Assembly (NCBI GenBank): GCA_016618085.1
Contig: JABLTG010000032.1
Coordinates: 1-64,000 of the forward strand
Direction: 5' to 3'
DNA: 64,000 nucleotides
Source of the DNA: Neovahlkampfia damariscottae
Lineage: Eukaryota
In this document: piece after piece, positions 1 through 11,492 of the stretch
How the letters are laid out: each line of letters begins with the position of its first letter
Numbering within the stretch: the first letter of the stretch is position 1
Made by a program: the position numbers and the translations under genes
The notes under the pieces: generated by a model
Databases searched by the model: none
What the model was told of the DNA's origin: nothing
What the model saw: only the letters and a program-made list of their open reading frames with translations

Positions 1-650
1 GTTGACAATTTTTCACTGATATTTTCTGATTCATTTTTTTTAAGAGCTTGATAATCATTTAATGAAAAACTACCACCAGTAAAATTACTAGATATTTTAG
101 ATCCAATATTTTTATTTCCAATTTTTGAATTTCCAAAGTTCATATCATCATCATCATCATCTTCTTCAATCCAACATTTTTTTGGTGTAATATTTATATT
201 TTTTTTTACTTCTTCTTGTTCTTCTTTTAAAAATTTAATTAAAAAAAAAAAAATAATTTAACTTGAATCTTTTGTTGCTGAATCTTCAATCCATGAATTA
301 TCATTTAATGATGTTACTTTGTTTTCATTCTTATTCAAAGTAAAGGTATGTTCAGAGTCATTTTCTTCATCTTTTTGAATACCTTCATCATAATCAACAT
401 CATCCCATTCAAATTCTTCAGAATCATTTTCTTTTAATGGATTTGTTTTATTTTCACTTGAATCTAAAGAAAAAATAGGTCCAGAGTCATTTTCTTTTGA
501 TTTTTCAAAAACTTCTTTTTCTTCTTCTTCTTCTGTCCAATTTAAGGTATCAGTTGAGTTTTCTTTTGAATCAAGTTTCTTAGATTCATCAAAAGAAACA
601 TTTTGAACATTATCACAAGAAATATCTTCATTTGAATTTGTGTTTTCCAT
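1..650 (-). CDS. Acidic low-complexity hypothetical protein, 5' part (runs off window start, intron near 230-262)
   Basis: ORF 258-650 is D/E/N/S-rich with repeated 'WxE' motifs; coding-like sequence continues after a short GT-AG intron. Confidence 0.55.
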
Positions 651-860
651 TTTTTCGTTTTTTTTAAAAACAGAACAACTAAAAATGATTGAAACTGATT
701 GGTTCTTTCAAAATAAGAAATTATTGTTCAATACAACAAATCCAGTTCAGTTTTCAAAATGAATGAACTGGTTAATTGAATAATCTGTTCAGCAACAACA
801 AAAAAAAATCATAAATTAATGCTCATATACTGTTTATTCAGAATTGTAATTCTGTTTGTC

Positions 861-933
861 GCCCGTGTAGCTCAGTGGCCAGAGCATTGGACTTCGAATC
901 CAAGGGTCAAGGGTTCGACCCCCTTCTCGGGTA
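861..933 (+). tRNA. tRNA-Arg (anticodon UCG)
   Basis: Cloverleaf: acceptor GCCCGTG/CTCGGGT, D-arm TAGCTCAGTGG, anticodon arm TTGGA-CTTCGAA-TCCAA, T-loop GGTTCGACC; TTTTT Pol III terminator just downstream. Confidence 0.95.
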
Positions 934-1294
934 AAAATTTTTACAAAATCACTCCTTGTGTTAGATTTAATTGATCAGTGAGTTGGCATGGTTTTTATAG
1001 AAAAGGAATTTTTTTTTCTTGTGCTCATTAAGCACCAAATATGGTGGCGGTTGGTGATAAAAATCCTCAAATTTGGTGTTTTCAAGTTCAAAACTGGAAA
1101 CAGTCACTGAATAAGGCGAATTTTCCAGTCATTTTTTACCCAATCCAAATTTGGAAGTTCAATAAGTCCAATCAAATAAAATCTACTAAATTAGAAGGTT
1201 AGTTTATCCGAATTGGTGGAAGGAAAAATTTAAATGTAGATATTCAGAATTCCATTTTAACAAAATCGACGAATTGAGTAATTTTTACAAAGAC

Positions 1295-1684
1295 ATGGAA
1301 GAATACGATGCTGACAAACCTCTTGCTTTGGAAGAACTAGAAAACTATTTTCACTTGCCCATATCACAAGCATCAATATATTTAGAGCTACCAACAACAG
1401 AATTGATCAAAAAATGTAGGGCACTTGGAATCAAAAGATGGCCATATAGCAACGCAGCTTCAAAGCAGAAGCAACAAAAAATGAAAAATGTAACACCAAA
1501 AAAACCGCCCAAATTAATGTTCACCGAATCTCATTTTACTGTCAGCATTCACGAAAAAATGAACGAAAAAACGAATGAAAAAACGAATGAAAAAACCGAA
1601 ATCACAAAAGAAATTCCAGAAGGCCCAAGAGTGCTTCCATCATTCACAGAATTATTAAAAAGTGTGGAAGATAATTGTAAATAA
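1295..1684 (+). CDS. RWP-RK domain transcription factor
   Basis: YFHLPISQAS...LIKKCRALGIKRWPY signature. Confidence 0.9.
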   Translation: MEEYDADKPLALEELENYFHLPISQASIYLELPTTELIKKCRALGIKRWPYSNAASKQKQQKMKNVTPKKPPKLMFTESHFTVSIHEKMNEKTNEKTNEKTEITKEIPEGPRVLPSFTELLKSVEDNCK

Positions 1685-1687
1685 AGT

Positions 1688-3265
1688 TTATTCAACGATT
1701 GAAAGTGAACAAATTTTTTTTGCACGATCCAGTGATTTGTTCATCCAGTATTGATTTACATAACTACTATTTTTATAAACTTCTTCAATTTTTTCATAGA
1801 TGTATTGAATATGATTAATAATTCTCAATTGAATTTGAGACTCTTCCTTCAAAGTTTGAACTAATTCCTCCAATTCTTCAAGTTGACCAAATGATAATTT
1901 TTTATCATCATTTTCATATTTAACTTTTTGTTCTTGAGGTATTCCTATACCTAACACATGACTTGATGTTGGCAACGGCAAATACTTGAATTTTCTCCCA
2001 ATTGAACAACCAAATTCAAAGAAGGCGGTGTTAGGTTTCTTACATAAATCTTGAATATTTGTTAGTTTTTTTATTTTGAAATTACCAATTTTATTGATGA
2101 CAAAATACAATTTTTCATACATTGAAGCACCAAAAAAATGATGTTTGACACCACTTTCATTTGAGTAACCATTTGGAAGTAATCCTTTAACACGTTCTTC
2201 CATCATTGAATCTGTTGGAAAAATTAAATACAGAAAATATTCTTACATGCACCTGTCAATAAACTCTCAACAAAACCAGGTCCCTTTGACCCGTTGATTT
2301 CTTTTATGGCTTGCTCATACATTAACTTTTTTGTGTCTTGATCTAACAAAGTCAATTGTAGCATATGCAAAGAACATCCTATACTGAGCATATGATCTGT
2401 AGAAACTAAAAATAATACTAAAGAACTTTGTGTGAAGAAGAATTCCAGAACATCAATGTTAGCTTTGAATTTTTGTGGATCAGTCATTGACTCATCATTG
2501 AAGCCTGGAGTATCAATAATTATCAAACTTTTCACAACAGGTTCATTATTTTCAAGAATTTTGCTTGATGTCCATGGGTTAAAGTATTCTGTTAAATTTT
2601 TTTCTTTGGGTTGAACTTTTTTCTCTTCTGATTTTTTTTTTGAATTTTTTAACTTTTCTTCAAATGGTGTCCCAATGATGTATTTTTCATTAATTACAAT
2701 AGCATTTACAATTTCATTACTTATGAATAATTAATATTTCAAATGAATTTTTTTACTATTTTGTGAATATTTCTCTCAAATTACTTTCATAAAATTGACG
2801 ATATCGATTCATTTTTTGAATTTGTTTTAATTCATACCAAACAACATTTTTTCGTTTATCTGTTTTTGTTCTTTGAATAGGTTCTAATAAATCATCATAT
2901 TCTATTTTTTCATTTTTTAAACCTGATGTCAGTTCTTGAAATTCTTCATCAGGAACTGTTTCAATAATTGTAAATTGAGTATCTATTGCATTTGAACCAG
3001 TTTCACGAATAGGTATCCCAAATAAATGATTTATAAAAGAAGATTTTCCTTTAATAGTATTTGATGAGTAGATTTGTTGTATTACCTTTAAGATTTTTTT
3101 TTCAAAAATAATGTGCAAAATGTTACCTGAAGATTGATCTCCTAGGATTGTTAAAACATTTTTTGACAATGGTGTTTTTGAAAATTCAAGTTTAAAATCT
3201 TCTTTTGCAATATCTGCAATTTCTTCAAGTTGGGATAAAAGTTCTTGATGCGTTGTTGATTTCAT
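1688..3265 (-). CDS. Dynamin-superfamily (EHD-like) P-loop GTPase, multi-exon
   Basis: Spliced G1 GDQSSGKSSFINHL, G2 region ETGSNAIDTQFT, G3 IIIDTPGF. Confidence 0.75.
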
Positions 3266-3306
3266 CCAATGAAAATGAAATGTTTTTTTGATTTTTTTAT
3301 TTATTA

Positions 3307-4349
3307 AGACTCCTGTGTAATTCGTTATGAGAATAAACCTTTGGTTTTCAATTTGAAGTGTGGAGTTTCAGCTAACTAAATGGTGTTTTCCTTAGTATCA
3401 AGACAAGATTCCTATTAAGTTGCGATACTCCGAATATGTCATGTTATTCCAACTTTCAATTGAAACATAAGTTCTTGAGATAATAAATTTTATTCACCAA
3501 TTTTTTGTTTCTTTCTTGTTGTTTTCTTCAATTAGAACACAAATTCTTTATTTATGCCATCAATTATAAATTTATTTTGCAAAATCAGATCCATTCCCAG
3601 AAGTCTCACTTTTTTATCAACACAAACCGTATTTTAAAAGTTTTTTCAGGATACTCATCAAAAGAAAAAGTAAGAGTTGTGATGGGATTTGTAATTTCTA
3701 TTCCGCCTATAAGACTAAATTTTCTTGTCCCTATTTTTAAGTGTAAATATTCCAAATCTTTTTCAATGATAGAAGTTGTTTCTGAGCCGGTGTCAAATAA
3801 AAAATCTTGAAGATCACAATCAAAAGTTTTTTTCATTCAATAACAACATAGCAGTACAATTTTTGAGAGTTAATTGGTGATGTTTTTACAAGTTTTTTTT
3901 TGAAACCTTTTTTTCCAACTTGAGATAATATTGCATTTCCCATGAAAATCAACTAAAATCTTTGGAGTGTATTCAGTTTGGCTTTCAGAAACACCAGAGT
4001 GGTTTGTTGAAGTAAGCAAAAAAGTTTGTTGGATAAATTGAATCAAATTGTTACTTTGTTGTTTTTAATCTGCGTCTGTCATGATTGGTCAGTCCACCCA
4101 TAATATTTTTGTTAAATTGGAAAACTATAGTTTCAATTGTGATTCAAAATATGAACAAAAAACAATATCAAAGACATTTTCTTATAGAACATCCTAGGAC
4201 TTAGTAGGAGGAACCACTTAGTTGGTTGAAACCACACTTAGTTGGAATAAAGTTCAGTTATTCATAAAAACACTACTTAGTTGAAACATCCCACTTCAAA
4301 TTGAAAACTAAAGTTTATTCATATAACGTGACCAATTACGTTGGAGTCT
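3307..4349. mobile_element. Degenerate ~1 kb terminal-inverted-repeat element (non-autonomous DNA transposon-like)
   Basis: Ends AGACTCC...GGAGTCT flanked by TA on both sides; imperfect inverted repeats of ~85 bp (3307-3391 vs ~4265-4349) share an exact 17-mer CACTTCAAATTGAAAAC. Confidence 0.55.
3532..3836 (-). pseudogene. Retropepsin-like (clan AA) aspartic protease, frameshifted
   Basis: FLFDTGSETT catalytic motif in ORF 3606-3836; C-terminal RLLGMDLI motif lies in the -1 frame and ends at TAA 3532. Confidence 0.6.
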
Positions 4350-4413
4350 TATTTTAACTCAAAAAGAAATTAAACATCCTCCGTTCCCTCATCCAATCAA
4401 ATTTTTCAACTTC

Positions 4414-6007
4414 ATGTCAGACACATCCAAAGTTCAGTAAGAAAAAAAAATTTTGACAACAAAGAGCAAAATTCTCTGTAATTTCTGTAAATGATGTTTA
4501 TGAAATCAGCAAAGATGAAGACGGTGTTGGAGGTTTAGCTGAATTGTGCACAATTATTAAACAAGAAAAAGGAAAAAATTGTTTTGTGACGTTAAATGGT
4601 GATTTTTTATCTGCATCTATGCTTGCTGCGAAATTTAAAGGTTCACATATGATTGACATATTCAACACCATTCCATTCACCTATTTAACATTAGGAAATC
4701 ATGAATTTGATTTTGGAACAAAAATACTTTTAGAAAGAATAGCTGAAACAAGAAAAGATATTAAATATATCAATTCAAATATTAGACATTCTGATACTCA
4801 TCAAATACTCAAAGGAACATTTGAAAAAGATATTATCATCTTAGAGAATAATTTAAAAATTGGTGTTTTTGCTGTTTGCACTACAGATACAACTCAACTT
4901 TCAACTCCTGGAAAGGATTGTTATTTTGAAGATGTTTTGACAGTATCAAATAAAATGGTCAAAGAATTGAAGGAATTTGATAAAGTTGACTGTGTTATTG
5001 CATTAACACATTTGACTATCACTGAAGATCGTGAATTAGCAGCCAACGTTCCTGGTATTGATTTTATGTTAGGTGGACATGATCATAGTCCACATACTCA
5101 ATATCAAGGTGAGTGTTTGATCCATAAATCTGGTATGGATGCTCAATTCGTATCAAAATTCGATATGATATTAGAAAAGAAAATTACTGCATTCAATGGA
5201 AAAACTTACATCAAAAATAAGTTATTTCCAAGTTGGAAAATGATTTTAAACAAAGATATTGAGGGTGACAAAGAAACTGCTGCAGTTGTCAAGAAATATC
5301 TTGAGTTTCTCCCAAAGGATTCTGGAGAAGTTATTGGACTTGTTATAAAACGTTTGAATTCACAAAAGGACTCTGTTAGAAGTAAAGAAACAAATATGGC
5401 AAATTTATTTTGTGATGCTTTGAAAGATGTTTTTAATGCTGATATCGGATTTGTATCAGGTGGAGCTGTAAGGGGAGATAGTTTTTATAACCCAGGGGTA
5501 AAAATGACAAAAGGGGATATTGACAAAGAATCACCATTCCCAAATCAATGCAAAATAGTTCAAATTACTGGAAAAATGTTGTTGGAATCAGTGGAATTCG
5601 TAAGAATTGAATATTAATCTCTTTCAAAGGGAATCTCGAAATTAGGTGAAATTGTTGGTAGTTATCCACATTTTTCTCATGGAATTTCAATTGAATACAA
5701 TAAAAAAAACCCAATTGGAAGTAGAGTAACAAAAGCTCTTTTCAACCAAAAACCAATCAAAAACGATGATGTTTTTACCATTGCATCAACATCTTATCTA
5801 TTAAATGGTGGTGATGGATATCTTTCTTGGAAGTATAATAAACCTGTTGAAAATGAATTGAATGATAAAATCATTCTACACGATGTAGTATTGAATCATA
5901 TCAAAAAAATCAAAGTGATCGATTATTACCCTCATGATTTTAGATTATATGAAACGAAGAAATATAACATGTGGAAAGTTATTCAAGAAAGAATGTCCTG
6001 TGATTAA
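4414..6007 (+). CDS. 5'-nucleotidase/apyrase family metallophosphoesterase (3 exons)
   Basis: NDVYE, GDFL, GNHEFD, THL, GGHDH motifs plus C-terminal 5'-NT domain (ETNMANL, GAVRG, NGGDGY). Confidence 0.92.
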
Positions 6008-6010
6008 AAT

Positions 6011-6436
6011 TTATTTTGATTTTTGGAAATATTTTTGTGCATGAGAAGCAACTTGTGATCTTGATCTTGTTAAGACCCAATATTTTGCAATAAGAGACCA
6101 TTTATGTCCATGAATTTCATAACCTTTTAAAAATAAATCATGTTCCTTTTCACTCCAAATACCAATGTTCATCATAGATGTTGGTCTTGATGTTGATTTT
6201 TGAAGTTTATCTGAGATTTTTGGAATTGAATTTTTTTTTTTTTCTTGAAAGTATTGACTCCAAAATTTAATCACTTTCTTTGATTTTTGACAATTTTCAA
6301 AATTTGATGAATTTTTGTGTCTTTTTGGTTGTTCACATTTTTTTGGGATGACATTTTGTTTTTTTTGATGAAAAAGAAATAAATCTTGGAAAGGTGGACA
6401 TAAATAAATCTTGGGTTCTAAAGGTTCAATTTTCAT
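6011..6436 (-). CDS. Myb-like SHAQKYF-class DNA-binding protein
   Basis: WSEKEHDLFLKG...W..IA..V.TRSRSQVASHAQKYF. Confidence 0.9.
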   Translation of the reverse strand: MKIEPLEPKIYLCPPFQDLFLFHQKKQNVIPKKCEQPKRHKNSSNFENCQKSKKVIKFWSQYFQEKKKNSIPKISDKLQKSTSRPTSMMNIGIWSEKEHDLFLKGYEIHGHKWSLIAKYWVLTRSRSQVASHAQKYFQKSK

Positions 6437-6662
6437 TTTCCTTCAAATTGATTTTTTGGTAAAATTGTTTTAACCATTTAAAAAAACTTTCGATTTAACC
6501 ATAGATAGTCTAAATGGTTGATTTGATGATTTTCTACTTTTTTAGATATTTTATCCTTACAAAATTGTTAAAATTGTGAGAATAAAACATTCCTCTTGTT
6601 TCTCTTGTTTCCTTCAAAATGAATGAACTTCCAAAACTGAATTCATCCAATAAACTCACGTC

Positions 6663-7928
6663 ATGTCTTCTAAAACATTTGTTGTGTTGGTGTTGTTGTT
6701 GGCTTTGTTTCAATCACTTTTTGCTCTTCGTAGGATTAATATTGGTGGAAGTTTAAGAGATAAAAATCCAATTCACAAATTATATGCAAATATGAAAGTT
6801 GGTATGAAAGAAACAAATTTTAAAATTTAATAAGGTGTTATTACAGCTGCAGGTTCAAGATCTGATTCAACAGCTCTTATCAGAAATTTACTCGCTGCAG
6901 GTGCTAAATCTGTTGAATGGTTACCATTTCAACGTCCTTGTGGAGCTACAGTACGTAATCCTGAAATGGTAAAGAAAATTGAATCACTTGACGCAATGTA
7001 TTTCACTGGTGGAAGACCAGAAAATTTACATTATTGTCTTTTTGGTGATACATCAACACCAAAAGAAGATACTCCTGCTTTAAAAGCAATAAAAAAACTT
7101 AAACTTGGTAAGCTAAACAAATAAATAAATAACAAACAGTTGGTGGATCATCTGCTGGATCTTTGGTTCAACCAAAATTTGCTGTTTTAACAACTGGTTA
7201 TCCATCAAGTTATGAAACACTCAGAACAGGAAAAATGGCATTCAGTAAAAACGGAACAGAAATGTTAACCAGTCATGTTTTGGTTGATGTACATTTTTCA
7301 GAACGTGGAAGACAAGTATTCAAAAAAGTTTGGTTTATTAATTCATTAATAGGGTCGTTTATTTGTGTTACAAAGAAATGCTAATTTGAAATATGCCTAT
7401 GGTATTGATGAAGACACTTCAATGGTTACAGATGATAAAGGAAATGTTGAAATTATTGGAACAAGTGGAGTTTTTGTTTATCAAAAAATTGATGAACAAA
7501 ATACTAAATTCCATTTTTTGACACGTAAAAAAAATTTTTAACATTTATAATTTTTTTTGACAGATGGGGATAAATTTGATGAAAATACAGGAAAAGTTAA
7601 ATTTGCAAAATGGAAAAAAAAATGTCCACCATCAACAGTTAAACCATCTCCAAGTCGTAGTATCTTTGGAATTAATCAATTTAGAACAAAAGCTATTCAA
7701 GTTGCTCAATACTCTGAAAAATTTGAATTGAAAAATTTTCAAGGATCAAATCCAGTTGTTGAAGTTACATTATCAAGAAAAAAAAGAGCATTTTGTGGTG
7801 AATTTGAAGGAAAACAATACACAAGTTTTAAGAATTTCAATGTCAAAATGGAAGTTAAAAGAGGAAAAGACATTACACAAACAGGTGACGAACCTTTACC
7901 AGAAGATTATTGGAAATGGGAATTATAA
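6663..7928 (+). CDS. Secreted cyanophycinase-like peptidase S51, multi-exon
   Basis: Signal peptide MSSKTFVVLVLLLALFQSLFA; motifs IGG, YFTGG, GGSSAG, DVHFSERGRQGRL and GIDEDT across spliced exons. Confidence 0.8.
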
Positions 7929-7949
7929 ATCTTTATTTCAAATGAAAAA

Positions 7950-8022
7950 ACTATTTTTTTTTCAAAAATGTAAAATTCTGTTCTCGAAATTATTTTTACA
8001 TTTTTTCATTCAAAAATTTAGC
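7950..8022 (-). promoter_or_regulatory. SECIS element (eukaryotic, type II-like) in 3'UTR of the DsbA/FrnE gene
   Basis: AUGA-AAAAAUGUAAAA-[AUAA, UUC/GAA mini-stem]-UUUUACAUUUUU-GA with a lower helix; AUGA begins ~35 nt after the stop codon. Confidence 0.8.
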
Positions 8023-8044
8023 ATTTCTTTTTAAAATTTCGAGT

Positions 8045-8729
8045 TTACAATTTGAATTTTTTGAATACTTTTAAGAACATTTCAGCAGGTTGAGCTCCAC
8101 TAAATGCATATTTATTTCCAAAAATGAAGTAAGGAACACCACTAATTCCATATGAATATCTGAAAGTGTTTGCTTCTTCATTGACTGAATCTTTATCATC
8201 AAATATTTTTTTATAATCTGTTATTTCATATTTATCACCTATTTCTTTTAAAACTTCTTCTTTTCCAATGTTCTTTCCTTGTTCAAAATATGTTGAAAAT
8301 ATATCACCTATAATCTAACCAGAGAAACATTAAATTTTGATTTTTTTTTACTTCATTTTGTTTTCCTATTTCTTTTGCATATTTGATTAATTGATGTGAT
8401 TTGAATGTATTTGGAACAACATCACCACGTTTAAAATTAATTCCTACATCTTTTCCTACTTGATTTAAACGGTCAAACATTGGTGATTTAGTTTCATCAT
8501 CAATTCCAAATTTTTCTTTGAAATATGCTTGACGATTAACTCCTTCTTCTGGTATTTGAGAATTTAAGAAAAATGGATGCCAAGTAATATTAAATTTGTA
8601 TTCATTTTTTGCTTCTTTGAGTGCTGCTTCTAGGTTTTTTTTACCTACGAAGCACCAAGGTCAGATACTATCTGAGACAATTTTAATGTCAACAAGAGGT
8701 TTTTCTTCTTCGGAGTTTATTGAAGACAT
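8045..8729 (-). CDS. DsbA/FrnE-family thioredoxin-fold selenoprotein (UxxC), 2 exons
   Basis: IKIVSDSI-TGA-PWCFVGKKNL, WHPFFLN, PNTFKSH, GISGVPYF, SGAQP; in-frame TGA at 8661-8663 (codon 23) occupies the first Cys of CPWC. Confidence 0.88.
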
Positions 8730-8780
8730 GATTGGTCAATAACTCCGAAAAAAAATCTTTTTATTTAATGGAAACATTTT

Positions 8781-9535
8781 TCATTTTTCACCATTCCATT
8801 CTCCTAAAAATTGATCAACAAAATCTTTCATAAAATCTTCTCTTTTTTGTGCAATTTCAAATCCTGATTTAGTTTTCATTTTATCTTTTAACAAAAACAA
8901 TTTCTCATAAAAATGATTAAGAGCAGTTGATTCTTCTTTGTTATTCATATAACTATCTTTTGTCAAATTCGTGCGAGGTTTAATTTTTGGATCATAGATT
9001 TTTCTGTTCATTTTCAATGCTGCAAGTATTAATAATCAAATTTTTTTTGAATGATTTACAATATGAAAAACATCTTGTTATCCCCATTGCTCCAATTGCA
9101 TCTAATCTATCTGCATCCATAACTATTTCCAATTCTTTTGTACTTTCAATTTTTGGTGAATTTTTAGACAATTCATTTTTAAATGAAATATTTTCAATAA
9201 CAAATACTATCCTTTCAATGTTATCCTTTGGATAATTTAATTTTTCTAAAAATTCTCTTGTCGCTTTTGGACCTGCATTTTCACTTGAAAAATTAATGAA
9301 TTTGGGTTTCTGTTGGTTACTCTCCTGAATATTTATAATCTTTTAAATCATGTAATAAAGCAGATAATTGAATGATTTCAAGAGTTTCTTCGTTTGTAAT
9401 TCCTTCCATTTTTGCAAGTTTCAAACTCATTTTTTCTACTCTTTCAATGTGTTCATAATTGTGTGAAAAATCATTTTGTTTCAATTCTTCTTGAATGTAA
9501 CTTCTTGCTAATCTCACCACGTTACTGTCTGACAT
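8781..9535 (-). CDS. HD-domain metal-dependent phosphohydrolase, 3 exons
   Basis: SHNYEHIERV, ALLHD, DADRLDAIGAMG, HFYEKL motifs. Confidence 0.88.
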
Positions 9536-9654
9536 TTCCTTTTTTTTTGTAACCTTCCAATGATTTTGATTTGTCAAAACAATTAGAAACTTCTACCTTT
9601 TTTTATTGGAAAGACATAAATTAGCTTAATTGGTTGAAACATCAGAAACTTCTA

Positions 9655-10442
9655 ATGTCTACTTTTCAAGTTGATTACAACGCAGGTTCTTACGATGGAA
9701 CTTATCCATTATTTCTTCAAGACAAAAATATTTCACCTGAAGAATATCAACAAACTATAAACTACATCAGTCAAAGAACAGCAGAAATTGAAAAAAATTC
9801 TATGAATGGAATGTTTATTCCTGTTTGGATTGGAATTAATGGACTGGCAACAATAATATTAGGAGGTGTTCTCGCATTAAATGCTCTTTATTTAAGAGGA
9901 GAACTCTCAAGTTTGTTTTAAAAAATTAATTTTTTTTCTCAGCTATTTTTTGGATAGCCGCACCAATAACATATGTTTTTGTCACCAGTGTTTTGTTCAT
10001 TGTACTCCTTTATAGAAATATCAGAATTCGAAATAAAAAGATTCAAGCTTACGCTGTTTTGAAAAATGACATTGAAAGAGAAAGTTCAAAATATCACTCA
10101 AGAGGTGTTCAGATTTTATTAAGATTTAAGGATGTTATTGTCCATGGGCATAAAAGATCTCATACGGTCCAAATTCCTTACTTGGAGTTGATCCTTTATA
10201 ACGGTCAACAACAACCACAGTCTTATCAACAATCATCACAATATCAACAACCACAGCAATATATTCAATATCAACAACCACAACAATATACAGATCAAAT
10301 TCCAACAAATAATCAAATATATTCTCAACCACAACAAGATACAACAGTTTATTATCCAACTGAATCAAATTATCAAAATCAACAATCAAATGAAAATGTA
10401 CAATACCAAAGCTTAAATAGTCCAACATTTTATCAAAAATAA
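9655..10442 (+). CDS. Hypothetical membrane protein with Q/Y-rich tail, 2 exons
   Basis: Two hydrophobic segments followed by QYQQPQQ repeats. Confidence 0.6.
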
Positions 10443-10509
10443 ATTTTTTTTCTCCCTGGTCAAGGTAAAATGATTTGATTGGCAGACTTTTATCTCAACA
10501 GAAAAAAAG

Positions 10510-11366
10510 ATGTGTGCGTGGAAAATCGAAGAAGTTGAAGGTACACCAGCTTTAATTGTTACCATAAATTCAAATAAATCAAATTGTGTAAACTTTAAAT
10601 TCTTACAAGACTTACATGAGTGTTTTGATATTTTAGATTCAAAATACCCACAACGTCCGATAATTTTAACTTCAGAATCTTCATCTATTTTTTCCTCAGG
10701 TATGGACCTAAAAATTGTTGGTGCTGCCAGAACAAAAGAAGAATCAAAAAAAATTTTTATTGAATTCGAAAAAGGTAAATTTTAAAACAATTAAAACAAG
10801 AATTCAGGAATGTCTCGAATTTTAACTTCACAAAGAAGAACTATTGGTATGATTAATGGAAGTGCTTTAGCAGGTGGTTTCTTTTTAGCTCTAGCTTGTG
10901 ACTACAGAGTCGGAATGACCAACGACAAATTCAAATACGGAGCAAATGAAGTAGTTCTTGGTATACCATTTCCAACTTCTTTAGAAGTTTTAAAACTTAG
11001 AATTTCGCCTAAAAATGCTTGGAATTGTGTCTTGGGCGGAAAAATTTATAATTCAAAAGAAGTAAAAAATTTCACACAAAAATTTTTAAATTTCTTTATT
11101 AGGCTCTTGAACTTGGTGTATTTGATGAATTAGCAACATCAAAGGAAGATTTAATGGAATTATGTGTAAAACAAGCAACTGTAATTCCTATGGATGCAAT
11201 GGAAGCCTATTGTTCAATTAAAAATTCTTTATTAGACAGAGTGATGAAAATTACAGTTGAAGAAAGTCCAAAAATGTTGGATGAATTTGCTAGAGTCAGA
11301 TTTAGTAAAGGAACATTAAAGATTATGATGGGAATTTACAAAAAAATGATGAAATCAAAAATGTAA
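10510..11366 (+). CDS. Enoyl-CoA hydratase/isomerase (crotonase) family, 3 exons
   Basis: FSSGMDL, INGSALAGGFFLALACDYRV, NEVVLG. Confidence 0.9.
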
Positions 11367-11492
11367 AAAGTAAATCATTGATAGAATATGTTATCGATTT
11401 TTGTTTGAACTGATTCATCTTAAAGTCAAAACGACCATGGCTGGTAATTTTAACCAATCATTTTCTTGGAAAATCTGAACATTAAGTCGAGG

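Noticed and set aside
8661..8663. TGA as pseudogene stop, code reassignment, or part of a 24-nt intron
   Set aside because: It falls at the redox Cys position with a downstream SECIS, TGA terminates other genes, and splicing it out would delete the active site.
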